64,000 bases of DNA from an uncultured Trueperaceae bacterium (lineage in GTDB: Bacteria; Deinococcota; Deinococci; Deinococcales; Trueperaceae), in assembly GCA_963799485.1 (NCBI GenBank), contig CAWCXJ010000006.1, positions 224,001 through 288,000 of the forward strand, in the 5' to 3' direction. How positions within the stretch are numbered: position 1 is the stretch's first letter; each line of letters begins with the position of its first letter. Below are positions 49,256-58,305 of the stretch, piece after piece. Made by a program: the position numbers and the translations under genes. Under the pieces are notes generated by a model that saw only the letters and a program-made list of their open reading frames with translations, had not been told where the DNA came from and did not search any database.

Positions 49256-49331
49256 TGTCTCTACAACTCATAAGTCAGTACCAAGCGAAGCTCGAGCGCC
49301 TCATCGCTTACGGCGGTTCTCGTAATAAAAA
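49255..49331 (+). pseudogene. N-terminal remnant of a type ISP restriction-modification gene
   Basis: ATG overlaps the hicB stop (TAATG); MSLQLISQYQAKLERLIAYGGSRN resembles, from memory, N-termini of N6-methylase/type ISP enzymes; resemblance ends at the hairpin at 49332. Confidence 0.6.
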
Positions 49332-49361
49332 CTTCCGTGCCGAAGACTTTAAGCACGGAAG
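49327..49361 (-). terminator. Terminator of the inserted lipoprotein gene
   Basis: CTTCCGTGC (49332-49340) with GCACGGAAG (49353-49361), followed by a T5 tract on the minus strand. Confidence 0.65.
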
Positions 49362-49385
49362 GAAAAGCGCCTTATACAGACTATA

Positions 49386-50543
49386 TCAATATGTTCCAGA
49401 TGCAGTAGCGATAACGTAAGCACCTGACGACGAAGTTTCTTTGTAGATACTACCCCGCTTGTAAATGCGAACAGTTACATCACCTCGCGCGCACTGGTTT
49501 TGTGCGCTGATATAGAGAAAGGTGCCGCTACGAACGCCACTGTCAACAGTGTAGACGTAGCCGTTACCAAAATCGCGCTGAGCGGTTCCGCCGTCAGCTG
49601 TGGCGTAGGTTGTCGAAACGCGCCCGCAATCTGAGTTGACCCAGTAACGCAGAGCAGCTTCTTGAGGCTCAGGTGGTTTGGAGTCTTGTACCGTTATCCT
49701 TACACCTGCGTCGTCGCTCCCGTCGTTATTCGTTGCCGTGAGCGTGTAGGTTGTGGTTTTGTCTGGCTTGACTGCGACATTTGAGCCTGTCACTTCGCCT
49801 ATACCGGGAGAGATGCGTAACGTATCTGCTTCATCGACATCCCAGCTTAAAGTGATTGAGTCGCCGGTTTCGATTGACCTCGAGCTTGCTGTGAAGCTAT
49901 TAATAACTGGAGGTTTCGAGATAGGCGCAGGGTCAGTAGGTGGAATCGGGGGTGTTGGGTCGGTCGGGGGGGTTGGCGTGGTCGGCGGTTCAACCGGCGC
50001 TGGTTGTAAGGTGCGTGCTTCACCTACACGAGTCGCTGAAATATAACCTTCTGCAAATGTATTCGAGCCGTCCAGCATCCCGCCAGACCCCTCGATAACT
50101 TGTCTGCCTTGCGAATCTGTGGCTGCTGCGTTGTCTGTATCGTCTCCGGTAAAGAACAACTCATTATCAAGTATGGATACTGATAGTGCTACTCTGCCCG
50201 AGCCATATTTGAAGTCTCCAATAGAACCAAAGCCACTTGTGGTAGCGCCACTGACGTAATCGCATACAGTACTGCTTTGGCAAACTATTGCTAAGCCAGC
50301 TCCGCGAGTAATTCCATTGGAGGTAGCCTTACGGGTAATATTAAGTGCATAGGTAGAAACCTCACCACTGATGCTTGAGACAAAAGAAACACGCCATTCG
50401 CCCGCAAACGGTACGGCATCGGAATCGCTAGGTGTTTCCGGAGGTGAACTGGTCGGTGGCTCTTCTGGTGGTGTAGTCGTACCGGTTTGACTGCCGCACG
50501 CAGCAAGTAAGAAAACGAAGGCCAAAGGTAGAATTTGTCGCAT
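49386..50543 (-). CDS. Surface lipoprotein with Pro/Thr linkers and a PKD/Ig-like domain
   Basis: RBS AGGAGG; MRQILPLAFVFLLAAC lipobox; PVINSFTAS...ITLSWDV...TTTYTLTATN; visibly lower GC than flanks. Confidence 0.85.
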   Translation of the reverse strand: MRQILPLAFVFLLAACGSQTGTTTPPEEPPTSSPPETPSDSDAVPFAGEWRVSFVSSISGEVSTYALNITRKATSNGITRGAGLAIVCQSSTVCDYVSGATTSGFGSIGDFKYGSGRVALSVSILDNELFFTGDDTDNAAATDSQGRQVIEGSGGMLDGSNTFAEGYISATRVGEARTLQPAPVEPPTTPTPPTDPTPPIPPTDPAPISKPPVINSFTASSRSIETGDSITLSWDVDEADTLRISPGIGEVTGSNVAVKPDKTTTYTLTATNNDGSDDAGVRITVQDSKPPEPQEAALRYWVNSDCGRVSTTYATADGGTAQRDFGNGYVYTVDSGVRSGTFLYISAQNQCARGDVTVRIYKRGSIYKETSSSGAYVIATASGTY

Positions 50544-50640
50544 CAGTCTCCTCCTGATGCCGCTCCAGACTTTGGAGAGGCATAATTCTTGCGTGACTAC
50601 ATCCCCCGATATCGGTATCCACACAGAAATAATAACCTAT

Positions 50641-51045
50641 CGAGAGTGTGTGGCTTGAGGCAAAAGGCTCTCAAGCTTATGTCTCAACTTTGAAACGGTG
50701 GAGCCGTATCCGCTTGTACGAGTAGATAAACCGAATGTGGACGATCCCAAAGCGAAACTCAAAGCAGACAAGGCGGCGGGCGACATCATCTTGGACAGCC
50801 AAACGACACTTTCCGGGGTTCCGGCGGCGGCTTGGGGGTACAAACTGGGAAATAGAAGTGCGCTCGAGTGGGTTTTGGAGCGGTACAAAGAGCGCCCGCC
50901 GAAAGATAAAACGGTGGCGGAGCGGTTTCATACCTACCGGTTTACGGACCATAAAGAAGACGTGATTGTGCTTTTACGGCGGGTGTGTACGGTGAGCGTA
51001 GCGACTTCGGCGGTTGTGGCGGAGATGGCAGGCGCAGGCGAGTAA
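50641..51045 (+). pseudogene. C-terminal remnant of a type ISP restriction-modification enzyme (specificity domain)
   Basis: A-stop-GKRLSSLCLNFETVEPYPL...PKAKLKADKAAGDIILDSQTTLSGVPAAAWGYKLGNRSALEWVLERYKE...YRFTDHKEDVIVLLRRVCTVSV; in-frame TGA at 50656. Confidence 0.8.
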
Positions 51046-51081
51046 ACTAGGCTGTGTAACGTTGCTGGACAAAGGAGCGCC

Positions 51082-51294
51082 GTGAAACAAGAATTTGACG
51101 TGCTGATAGAGCGGGATACGGAAGGGTTTTACGTGGCCTCGGTACCCGCGCTTAGAGGGTGCCATACGCAGGCAAAATCGCTTGATGAACTGATGGTGCG
51201 GGTGCAAGAAGCTATCGAGGTGTGTCTCGAGGTCGAAGAGGCTGAAAGTTCGGCCCGATTTGTCGGTATCCAGCGTGTTGCAGTTGATGTGTGA
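51082..51294 (+). CDS. HicB family antitoxin
   Basis: FDVLIERDTEGFYVASVPALRGCHTQAKSLDEL. Confidence 0.9.
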   Translation: MKQEFDVLIERDTEGFYVASVPALRGCHTQAKSLDELMVRVQEAIEVCLEVEEAESSARFVGIQRVAVDV

Positions 51295-51515
51295 CGAGGT
51301 TGCCTGCGCTTACCGGGCGTGAACTCGTTCGTGCGTTAGGCAAAGTCGGGTTTGAAGTTGTACGTGTTAAAGGCAGCCATCATGTCCTAAAACATGAAGA
51401 CGGGCGGACGACGGTGGTTCCTGTTCACCTCGGTGAAACACTCGGCCCCGGACTTTTGGCGAAAATTTTACGTGACTGCGAACTAGACCGTGAGACGTTT
51501 AGAAACCTTCTCTAA
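51291..51515 (+). CDS. HicA family toxin (mRNA interferase)
   Basis: GFEVVRVKGSHHVLKH.DGRTTVVPVH...GLLAKILRD; 4-nt overlap with hicB. Confidence 0.92.
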   Translation: MTRLPALTGRELVRALGKVGFEVVRVKGSHHVLKHEDGRTTVVPVHLGETLGPGLLAKILRDCELDRETFRNLL

Positions 51516-51579
51516 CATTGCGGCACAGGACAACTTTGGAGCTTGTGGCAGAGATGGTGGGCTCGAGTAAACTGACCTT

Positions 51580-51906
51580 ATGCCGCCGAAGCTGGACAAA
51601 AAAGCCGTAACGGATTATCTGCGGGCGCATCAGCGCGAGCTGCGCGGCTTGGGTGTGGCGCGTTTAGGTTTGTTCGGGTCGTTTGTGCGGGATGAAGCGA
51701 CCCCCGAAAGTGACATAGATGTATTGGTCGAGTTCGAGGTGGGTAAAAAGAGTTTTACGGCGTTTATGGAGTTGGCGTTTTGGCTCGAGGACGCCCTGCA
51801 GCGGCCCGTAGAACTCGTGACGCCTGAATCACTGAGCCCTTATCTAGCTCCTCGTATCTTGTCTACGGTTGAGTATATTGTAGGGCGGGAGAGCCGTGCG
51901 GCGTGA
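51580..51906 (+). CDS. MNT nucleotidyltransferase antitoxin
   Basis: [24 protein letters not shown]. Confidence 0.92.
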   Translation: MPPKLDKKAVTDYLRAHQRELRGLGVARLGLFGSFVRDEATPESDIDVLVEFEVGKKSFTAFMELAFWLEDALQRPVELVTPESLSPYLAPRILSTVEYIVGRESRAA

Positions 51907-52231
51907 GACCGAGTATCTAGGCCATATCTACGATGAGCTTATCTTCGTCCGACAAGCTACAAAAGAGCAGACTCTAACGACATTCTTAGAAGACGATGTG
52001 CTTGAACGAGCGGTTGTCCGAAGCTTAGAAATCATTGGTGAGGCGACGAAAAAGTTATCTGCTGAGTTCAGAGCTGAGCACCCACAGGTCAACTGGCGGG
52101 CGATGGCAGGGATGCGCGACCGACTGATTCACGATTACTTCGGAGTTGATTACATTATCGTCCGGGACGTTGTAGAAAACTACCTGCCCGAACTCAAAGA
52201 GACCATCGAGGGGTTTCTCGAGGATAACTAA
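51896..52231 (+). CDS. HEPN/DUF86 ribonuclease toxin (HepT-like)
   Basis: [33 protein letters not shown] (R-x4-H). Confidence 0.92.
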   Translation: MRRETEYLGHIYDELIFVRQATKEQTLTTFLEDDVLERAVVRSLEIIGEATKKLSAEFRAEHPQVNWRAMAGMRDRLIHDYFGVDYIIVRDVVENYLPELKETIEGFLEDN

Positions 52232-52243
52232 CGCTGATTACCC

Positions 52244-52624
52244 TCAGCTTTTCTCGACCGGCAACCCCTGCTCTTTCCACGCCGTAAAACCGCCGCCCAG
52301 GTGTGCGACGTTGCTGTAGCCCATCTCTTTTAAGGTTTTGGCTGCCAACGCCGAACGCCCGCCGGAAGCGCAGTGCAAAATCACGCGTTTGTCAGGTTCT
52401 AGCGCGGCGTTGTGGTACGGACTCGAGGGGTCGGCGCGAAACTCCAACATCCCCCGTGAAACGTGCACCGAACCGGGCACGCTGCCTTCCTTCTGTCGTT
52501 CTCCGTCGTCGCGAACATCTATAATGACCGCGCCGTTTTCGGCTTCTTCGGCAACTTGTTGCGGCGTTAGGTTTTCGACCTGGGTTTTGGCTTCTGCTAC
52601 CATGTCTTTGGCTGTTTTGCTCAC
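52244..52624 (-). CDS. Rhodanese-like domain protein
   Basis: IIDVRD, SRGMLEF, HCASGGRS, HLGGGFTAWK; start GTG 52624 with GAGAGG RBS. Confidence 0.9.
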   Translation of the reverse strand: MSKTAKDMVAEAKTQVENLTPQQVAEEAENGAVIIDVRDDGERQKEGSVPGSVHVSRGMLEFRADPSSPYHNAALEPDKRVILHCASGGRSALAAKTLKEMGYSNVAHLGGGFTAWKEQGLPVEKS

Positions 52625-52747
52625 AATTGACCTCTCTTTACTCGACAGCTTCAAGGCTGTGAGTATAACGCGAGCCGCGGACGCGAGTAAGTAATGAGAC
52701 CAAATAGCAGCTACCCTTTGCACTTTACGGTGAGCTACCATAGGGGT

Positions 52748-54136
52748 ATGGACAACACCGAATACCGCACCGAAAAAGACACGATGGGCGACGTCAGGGT
52801 TCCGGCGGACAAATACTGGGGCGCGCAGACGCAGCGCAGCCTGGAAAACTTCAAAATCGGCGGGCAGCTCATGCCTTTAGAGGTTATCCGGGCCTTCGCC
52901 GTCCTGAAAAAAGCTGCCGCCCTAACCAACGCTGAACTCGGCGTGTTGCCGCAAGACAAAGCCGACATCATCGCCCGCGTGTGCGACGAGATTACAGCAG
53001 GTCGGCACGACGAGCAGTTTCCGCTGGTGGTCTGGCAGACGGGTTCGGGTACGCAGTCGAACATGAACGTCAACGAGGTCGTGTCGAACCGCGCCACCGA
53101 GCTTTTAGGCGGCGAAATCGGCTCACAAACGCCGGTTCACCCGAACGACGACGTAAACAAGTCGCAGTCCAGCAACGACACCTTTCCCACCGCGATGCAC
53201 ATCGCGGCGTATCTGGCGATTGTCGAGGAAATGCTGCCCGGTGTCCGGGAATTGCAACGAACGTTTGCCGAAAAAGCCGCAGCGTTCCGTAACACTGTCA
53301 AAATCGGGCGTACGCACCTGATGGACGCAACGCCTTTAACTCTGGGTCAAGAGCTGTCGGGTTACGAGGCGCAGCTTAAAAAGAGTCTCGAGGCCGTCGA
53401 GAACACCCTGCCGCACCTTTCAGAACTCGCACTCGGCGGGACGGCGGTCGGTACCGGCCTAAACGCGCCGGAGGGTTTTGCCGAGCGCGTCGCTGAAATT
53501 ATTGCGGAGCTGACCGGAAAACCGTTCGTCACCGCAGAAAACAAGTTCGAGGCGCTGAGCGCGCACGACGCCGTGGTGGAGGCGTCAGGGGCGCTCAAAC
53601 GGCTTGCGGTGAGCCTGATGCATATCGCCAACAACGTGCGGCTGCTGGCGTCGGGGCCGCGCTGCGGTATCGGCGAGATTACCATTCCGGCGAACGAACC
53701 GGGCAGCTCGATTATGCCGGGCAAGGTCAATCCGACACAGGCCGAAGCCATGACGATGGTCTGCGCGCAGGTCATCGGGTGCGACGCGGCGGTCACGGTT
53801 GCCGGGACGCACGGGCACTTTCAGCTCAACGTCTTCAAGCCGGTGATGATCTATAATTTGCTCTTGTCGGCGCGGCTTTTAGGCGACGCGTGCCGCTCGT
53901 TTAACGACAACTGTGCAGTCGGTTTGGAGCCCAACGAAACCCGTATCAAAGAGCACCTGAGCAATTCGCTGATGCTGGTCACAGCCTTAAACACCCACAT
54001 CGGTTACTACAAGGCCGCGCAGATTGCCAAAACCGCGCACGCCGAAAACCTGACCCTAAAAGAAGCGGCGGTCAACTTGGGACACTTGTCCGAAGCGGAG
54101 TTCGACGAGATCGTCGTGCCGGAAAAGATGATTTAA
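52748..54136 (+). CDS. fumC: Class II fumarate hydratase
   Basis: [43 protein letters not shown]. Confidence 0.97.
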   Translation: MDNTEYRTEKDTMGDVRVPADKYWGAQTQRSLENFKIGGQLMPLEVIRAFAVLKKAAALTNAELGVLPQDKADIIARVCDEITAGRHDEQFPLVVWQTGSGTQSNMNVNEVVSNRATELLGGEIGSQTPVHPNDDVNKSQSSNDTFPTAMHIAAYLAIVEEMLPGVRELQRTFAEKAAAFRNTVKIGRTHLMDATPLTLGQELSGYEAQLKKSLEAVENTLPHLSELALGGTAVGTGLNAPEGFAERVAEIIAELTGKPFVTAENKFEALSAHDAVVEASGALKRLAVSLMHIANNVRLLASGPRCGIGEITIPANEPGSSIMPGKVNPTQAEAMTMVCAQVIGCDAAVTVAGTHGHFQLNVFKPVMIYNLLLSARLLGDACRSFNDNCAVGLEPNETRIKEHLSNSLMLVTALNTHIGYYKAAQIAKTAHAENLTLKEAAVNLGHLSEAEFDEIVVPEKMI

Positions 54137-54137
54137 C

Positions 54138-54623
54138 GTGGCCCTACTGCTGCCGATGACCGAAGCAGAGTTTACGGCGTATCTGGACGGAGCCGTAAAA
54201 ACCTACGCCGACGAGAAGGTCAGGGCGGGGAACTGGCAGCCTGAAGAGGCGCTTGGAAGGTCGGAACGGGACTTTCGGACGTTGTTACCTGAAGGACTCG
54301 CTTCAAAAAACCACTACCTGTTTTCTATCAAGGACAGCAACACCGACCAAACCGTCGGGATGATCTGGTTCGGGGTGGTACAGCCTGGGCGTTCCGCCTT
54401 TGTTTACGACTTTTCGGTCGATAAGGCGTTTCAGGGAAAGGGTTACGGTAAGGGGGCGATGCTCGAGCTGGAAGAAAAAGTCCGGGCGCTAGGTATTACG
54501 TCCCTCTCGCTGCACGTCTTCGGTCACAACCGCGTCGCCCGCTCGCTCTATGAAAAGCTCGGTTACGAGGTCACGAACGTCAACATGACTAAACGGATAG
54601 GAGCACCGAATACCGAGCAATGA
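54138..54623 (+). CDS. GNAT family N-acetyltransferase
   Basis: FQGKGYGK acetyl-CoA motif, LHVFGHN..A..LYEKLGY. Confidence 0.9.
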   Translation: MALLLPMTEAEFTAYLDGAVKTYADEKVRAGNWQPEEALGRSERDFRTLLPEGLASKNHYLFSIKDSNTDQTVGMIWFGVVQPGRSAFVYDFSVDKAFQGKGYGKGAMLELEEKVRALGITSLSLHVFGHNRVARSLYEKLGYEVTNVNMTKRIGAPNTEQ

Positions 54624-54658
54624 GAAAAAGCTGCTCGCTGCTCATGACTCATTGCTGT
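54601..54658. repeat. Heptamer-based palindromic intergenic repeat, copy 5
   Basis: gagcacc gaatacc gagcaat gagaaaa ... gctgctc gctgctc atgactc attgctg. Confidence 0.75.
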
Positions 54659-54659
54659 T

Positions 54660-55346
54660 CTATCTCTGATCGATTCGCTCGGCGTCTTGCGGGATGTCGC
54701 GGAGTTCGGCGGGGTCTAGGCCGGTATCGATCTGGTAGTCCTGAAACTGCAACTCGGCCAGGGGGTCGCCGCTACGCTGCACGAAGTTGAGCGTTTGCGG
54801 CAACCACTCGTTATCTAGCACGGTCGCTTCGACGTAGGCGATGTTGGCGTTTTCGTCCACGTTGTTAAACCGCATCCGGTAGACGGGGCCGTCCGGTGTG
54901 TCTTCGTAACCCTCGACCACCGCGTTCCAGTTGTCCGAGCTGAAAAATCGGCCCAGGTTCGGCGTCAGGTTGACGCTGCCCTGTACTTCGCCTTGGGGCA
55001 AGAGGCCGCCCAGAGCTTCGGGGTCGTCGGCGCTCAGGATGGTGACCTGATTGGTCACGAAGAGGTAGTTGTAAACGGTGTCGCCGTCGGCAATGATGAA
55101 ATTGTCGGCTAAGGCGTCGGGTTGGATAAAGTAGGCTCTGGCGAGTTCTTCAGCGGGGATAAACTGTGCTTCGACCTCAAGAGCGATCTCTTGTCCGTCG
55201 GTATCGAAAAGGGTACCGGTCAGGAGAAAGCTGGCGTCTTGAAGCGAGCTGCTTCTGGCCTCGAGGTTCGCTAGAATCTCGTCGGCGCTGAGGTTTTGGG
55301 CAAAGGCGAGCGGGGTGAGCAGGGCGAGTAGTAAAGGCCATTTCAT
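54660..55346 (-). CDS. LolA-like outer-membrane lipoprotein carrier fold protein
   Basis: Signal peptide; QPDALADNFIIADGDTVYNYLFVTNQV. Confidence 0.75.
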   Translation of the reverse strand: MKWPLLLALLTPLAFAQNLSADEILANLEARSSSLQDASFLLTGTLFDTDGQEIALEVEAQFIPAEELARAYFIQPDALADNFIIADGDTVYNYLFVTNQVTILSADDPEALGGLLPQGEVQGSVNLTPNLGRFFSSDNWNAVVEGYEDTPDGPVYRMRFNNVDENANIAYVEATVLDNEWLPQTLNFVQRSGDPLAELQFQDYQIDTGLDPAELRDIPQDAERIDQR

Positions 55347-55459
55347 AGGGTCTCCTTGTTGGGTGCGGCTCGAGCTTGGGCGAGCCCGCGCGGTATCAGC
55401 GTACCGCACACCGGCGGCTTGCTGCGCCGTAAACGTGTCTAAACGCCCGATGAGCTCAC

Positions 55460-55500
55460 GCTAAAGGGGCGCTAAAGGGGCCCGTGAAGGTCTCTTTAAG
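55460..55500. promoter_or_regulatory. 11-bp tandem direct repeat in the divergent promoter region
   Basis: GCTAAAGGGGC twice (55460, 55471), then TGAAG and TTAAG 11 bp apart (55485, 55496). Confidence 0.4.
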
Positions 55501-55600
55501 CCCTGCACACGTGGGCTTTTGACGCTATGCTAGCCTCAGCTTGTAAAGGTTTGCCTAAAAGCTCGAGCAACGTCACCGCGAGCGCATGAGAGGAGAAAAG

Positions 55601-56926
55601 ATGAACCGCACTTCAGCCCTGCAGCTAGGTTTTTTGGTGGTCTTTTTGGCTTTGTTTTCGGGGGTACAGGCGCAGGAGGCCGTGCTGAGCCCCGAGTCCA
55701 TTGTCGTCAACCCGTCGCCGTCTTTTGAAACCGAGGTATTTTTGGATAAAGACCCGTCGGGTCGCGGCAGGCCGAACTACACCGTCGGTGAAGCGGTGAG
55801 GGTCGGGGTACGGGTTTCCGAGGACGCGTACGTGTACCTCTTCAACGTCCGCTCGGACGGCTCTATCGACCAGATTTTGCCGAACAACTACGACGCGAAC
55901 GGTCAGAACAACTTTCTCCGGGGGGGCGAGACGAAGTATTTTCCACCTGAAGGGGCAGATTACAATTTTACGGTAGACGCACCGCGCGGTCTCGATAAAG
56001 TCATCGCGCTCGCCAGCCAGACGACGCTCGATACCGGAACGCTGGCGAGTTTCGAAAACGACCCGAGTTTTGCCTCCTCCAACCTCGGAGAAGAGGCGTT
56101 CGCTGAAGGTTTATCGGTTATCGTCAGACCCCTGCCGCAAGACGAATGGGTCACCGACACGGTACTCTTTTACGTCACCGGCGGGGAACCCGCAGCGCCC
56201 TCCCCAACGTCCCCGCCAACCTCGCAGTCGCAGTACGGCACCGTATCGGTCACCTCCGACCCGAGCGGGGCTCGAGTTCTCATCGACGGTGTGTTCGTCG
56301 GGACGACGCCCCTGCGTTACGGAACCCTTACCGGGACGCACCGCGTCCGGGTCGAGGCCGAGGGCTATACCCCGTTTGAAACCGACATAAGCGTCGTCGG
56401 CGGTGAGACCAGGGGCGTGCAGACGACGCTGCAGGCAGCGCAGCCCACGCAAGGTCTCGGTCAGGCGGGCTTTGACAGCACGCCGAGCGGCGCAGACGTT
56501 TACGTCGATGGGCAACTCGTCGGGACGACGCCGCTGACCAACGTCCGGCTTTCTGAAGGGTCGCACCAGGCGCGGTTCGTGTTAGAAGGCGTGGGCGAAG
56601 ACATCATCGACTTTACGGTGCGAGCAGGCGGCTATCAGAATGTGAGCGGGGTGTTGCAGGCCCGGCAAGGGACACAACCGACGCAACCGGGCACAGAACG
56701 CGGGACGCTCGAGCTGACCGGCAACGTCGGCGGGGCCAACGTCTTTATCGACGGGACGCGCGCCGGAACCATTCCCAACGGCAGCGGACGGCTGACTTTC
56801 GACGACCTCTCACCCGGAACACACGAGATCACCGTAACTGCGCCGAGATACAGCACTTTTGTCGGTGAGTTCGAGATTCTGCCGGGGCAAGCGACCTCTC
56901 TAAGCGTGTCGCAGATAAGGCGCTGA
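55601..56926 (+). CDS. DUF4384 plus PEGA-domain secreted protein
   Basis: Signal peptide; SPESIVVNP, DAYVYLFNV..DG; three PEGA repeats (SDPSGARVLIDGVFVGTTP). Confidence 0.88.
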   Translation: MNRTSALQLGFLVVFLALFSGVQAQEAVLSPESIVVNPSPSFETEVFLDKDPSGRGRPNYTVGEAVRVGVRVSEDAYVYLFNVRSDGSIDQILPNNYDANGQNNFLRGGETKYFPPEGADYNFTVDAPRGLDKVIALASQTTLDTGTLASFENDPSFASSNLGEEAFAEGLSVIVRPLPQDEWVTDTVLFYVTGGEPAAPSPTSPPTSQSQYGTVSVTSDPSGARVLIDGVFVGTTPLRYGTLTGTHRVRVEAEGYTPFETDISVVGGETRGVQTTLQAAQPTQGLGQAGFDSTPSGADVYVDGQLVGTTPLTNVRLSEGSHQARFVLEGVGEDIIDFTVRAGGYQNVSGVLQARQGTQPTQPGTERGTLELTGNVGGANVFIDGTRAGTIPNGSGRLTFDDLSPGTHEITVTAPRYSTFVGEFEILPGQATSLSVSQIRR

Positions 56927-56959
56927 GCGTAAGCGTGGGTCACGGGTAGACTAGGCGTT

Positions 56960-57718
56960 GTGTCCGTCTTTGTGGCTTCCGGGCTTGTATCCGGGTCTGT
57001 TACCGCCGTCGTTCTGGCAGGGGGCGGCGGCGATGAACTCTCCCGGGCGGCAGGTGTCCCGGCTAAAGCCCTGCTTCCCTTTGCCGGTCAACCGCTCGCT
57101 TCTTATGTGCTGGACGCGTTGCAAGGAAGTAGCGGCGTGGGGCGTGTGCTCTACGTCGGTGAGGCGACGCCCGCCATCTCAGCGCAGGTCGCAGGGGTTT
57201 TACCCGACGGAAAGACGTTCGTCGAAAGTTTTTCCGTCGGCGTCGCGGCGGCGCTTGCGCTAGCCCCAACACACCCGGTACTCATCACGACTGCCGACTT
57301 GCCCTGGCTGAGGGCGGCGGCGCTGGACGACTTTTTGGCGGCATCTTCAGGTGCGGCGCTCGCTTACCCGATTGTCCGGCGAGAAACGGCTCTGGCGCAG
57401 TTTCCGGCTCAGCGGCGCACCTTCGTCCGGCTTAAAGACGGGCGTTTTACGGGCGGCAACATGGTGGTCTTGTCGCCCGTGATGGTGCCCGTTTTGCTGC
57501 CCTTTATAGAGCGCGCGTATCAGGGCCGTAAAAATCCGCTGGCCTTGGCGCGGCTTTTCGGCTTCGACTTTATCGTCAAGCTGGCGCTCGGGCAGCTTGG
57601 TCTGCGCGCGATTGAGAGGCGGGCGGAGCGCATTTTGGGGTTGCCGGTGCGGGCCCTCGAGACCTCCCACGCCAGCATCGGCGCAGATGTAGATAAGCTT
57701 GAGCATTTGGGGGAGTAA
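56960..57718 (+). CDS. MobA-like NTP transferase domain protein
   Basis: AVVLAGG...KALLPFAG, TADLP, TGGN, DVDK. Confidence 0.82.
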   Translation: MSVFVASGLVSGSVTAVVLAGGGGDELSRAAGVPAKALLPFAGQPLASYVLDALQGSSGVGRVLYVGEATPAISAQVAGVLPDGKTFVESFSVGVAAALALAPTHPVLITTADLPWLRAAALDDFLAASSGAALAYPIVRRETALAQFPAQRRTFVRLKDGRFTGGNMVVLSPVMVPVLLPFIERAYQGRKNPLALARLFGFDFIVKLALGQLGLRAIERRAERILGLPVRALETSHASIGADVDKLEHLGE

Positions 57719-58257
57719 TGGCCTATTCGGTATCGCTGTGGTTCGACGAAGGTGCAGAAGCGCAAGTCCGGCATATCTGGCAGCGGTTGGCTGACGCGGG
57801 TGTCGAAACTTTTGTGGGCGGCCCCATTCGGCCTCACGTCACGTTGGCGCACGGGTTGGAGCTTGACCCTATAGGTCTCGAGCCTTTTGTGACGGCTTTA
57901 CAGGAACAGCTCGCGGCTCAACCCCCCTTCGACCTCACCTTTACGGGTCTCGGTCTTTTCGACCCCGGTATTTTCTACCTCACCACCCGGATGACCGAAA
58001 AACTCTGGACGCTGCACCGAAAAGTTGCCGCGTTAGCAGAAGAGCAGGGGGGAGGCTCGAGCCGCTACTACCGCCCAGACTTCTGGACGCCGCACTGCAC
58101 CCTCGCCGTAAACCTGACGCCGGCGCAGGTGCCAAACGCGGTAAACGTCTGTCGGAACGTGCCCTTTCCAATTCTGGCCCCCGTAACACGCGCCGGGATT
58201 GTTGAAAACCCGAGCGAAACCGAACTTTTGACCTTGCCCTTTTCGGTACGCCCGTAA
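57718..58257 (+). CDS. 2H phosphoesterase (2'-5' RNA ligase family)
   Basis: Two HxT motifs, PHVTL and WTPHCTL. Confidence 0.88.
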   Translation: MAYSVSLWFDEGAEAQVRHIWQRLADAGVETFVGGPIRPHVTLAHGLELDPIGLEPFVTALQEQLAAQPPFDLTFTGLGLFDPGIFYLTTRMTEKLWTLHRKVAALAEEQGGGSSRYYRPDFWTPHCTLAVNLTPAQVPNAVNVCRNVPFPILAPVTRAGIVENPSETELLTLPFSVRP

Positions 58258-58305
58258 CCCTGATAGAACGTAGAACAAGCTGTACGTAGCAGCTAAACTG
58301 AGACG

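Noticed and set aside
48105..52231. Prophage or IS element as the explanation for the TA cluster
   Set aside because: No integrase, transposase, phage genes, terminal inverted repeats or flanking direct repeats were seen
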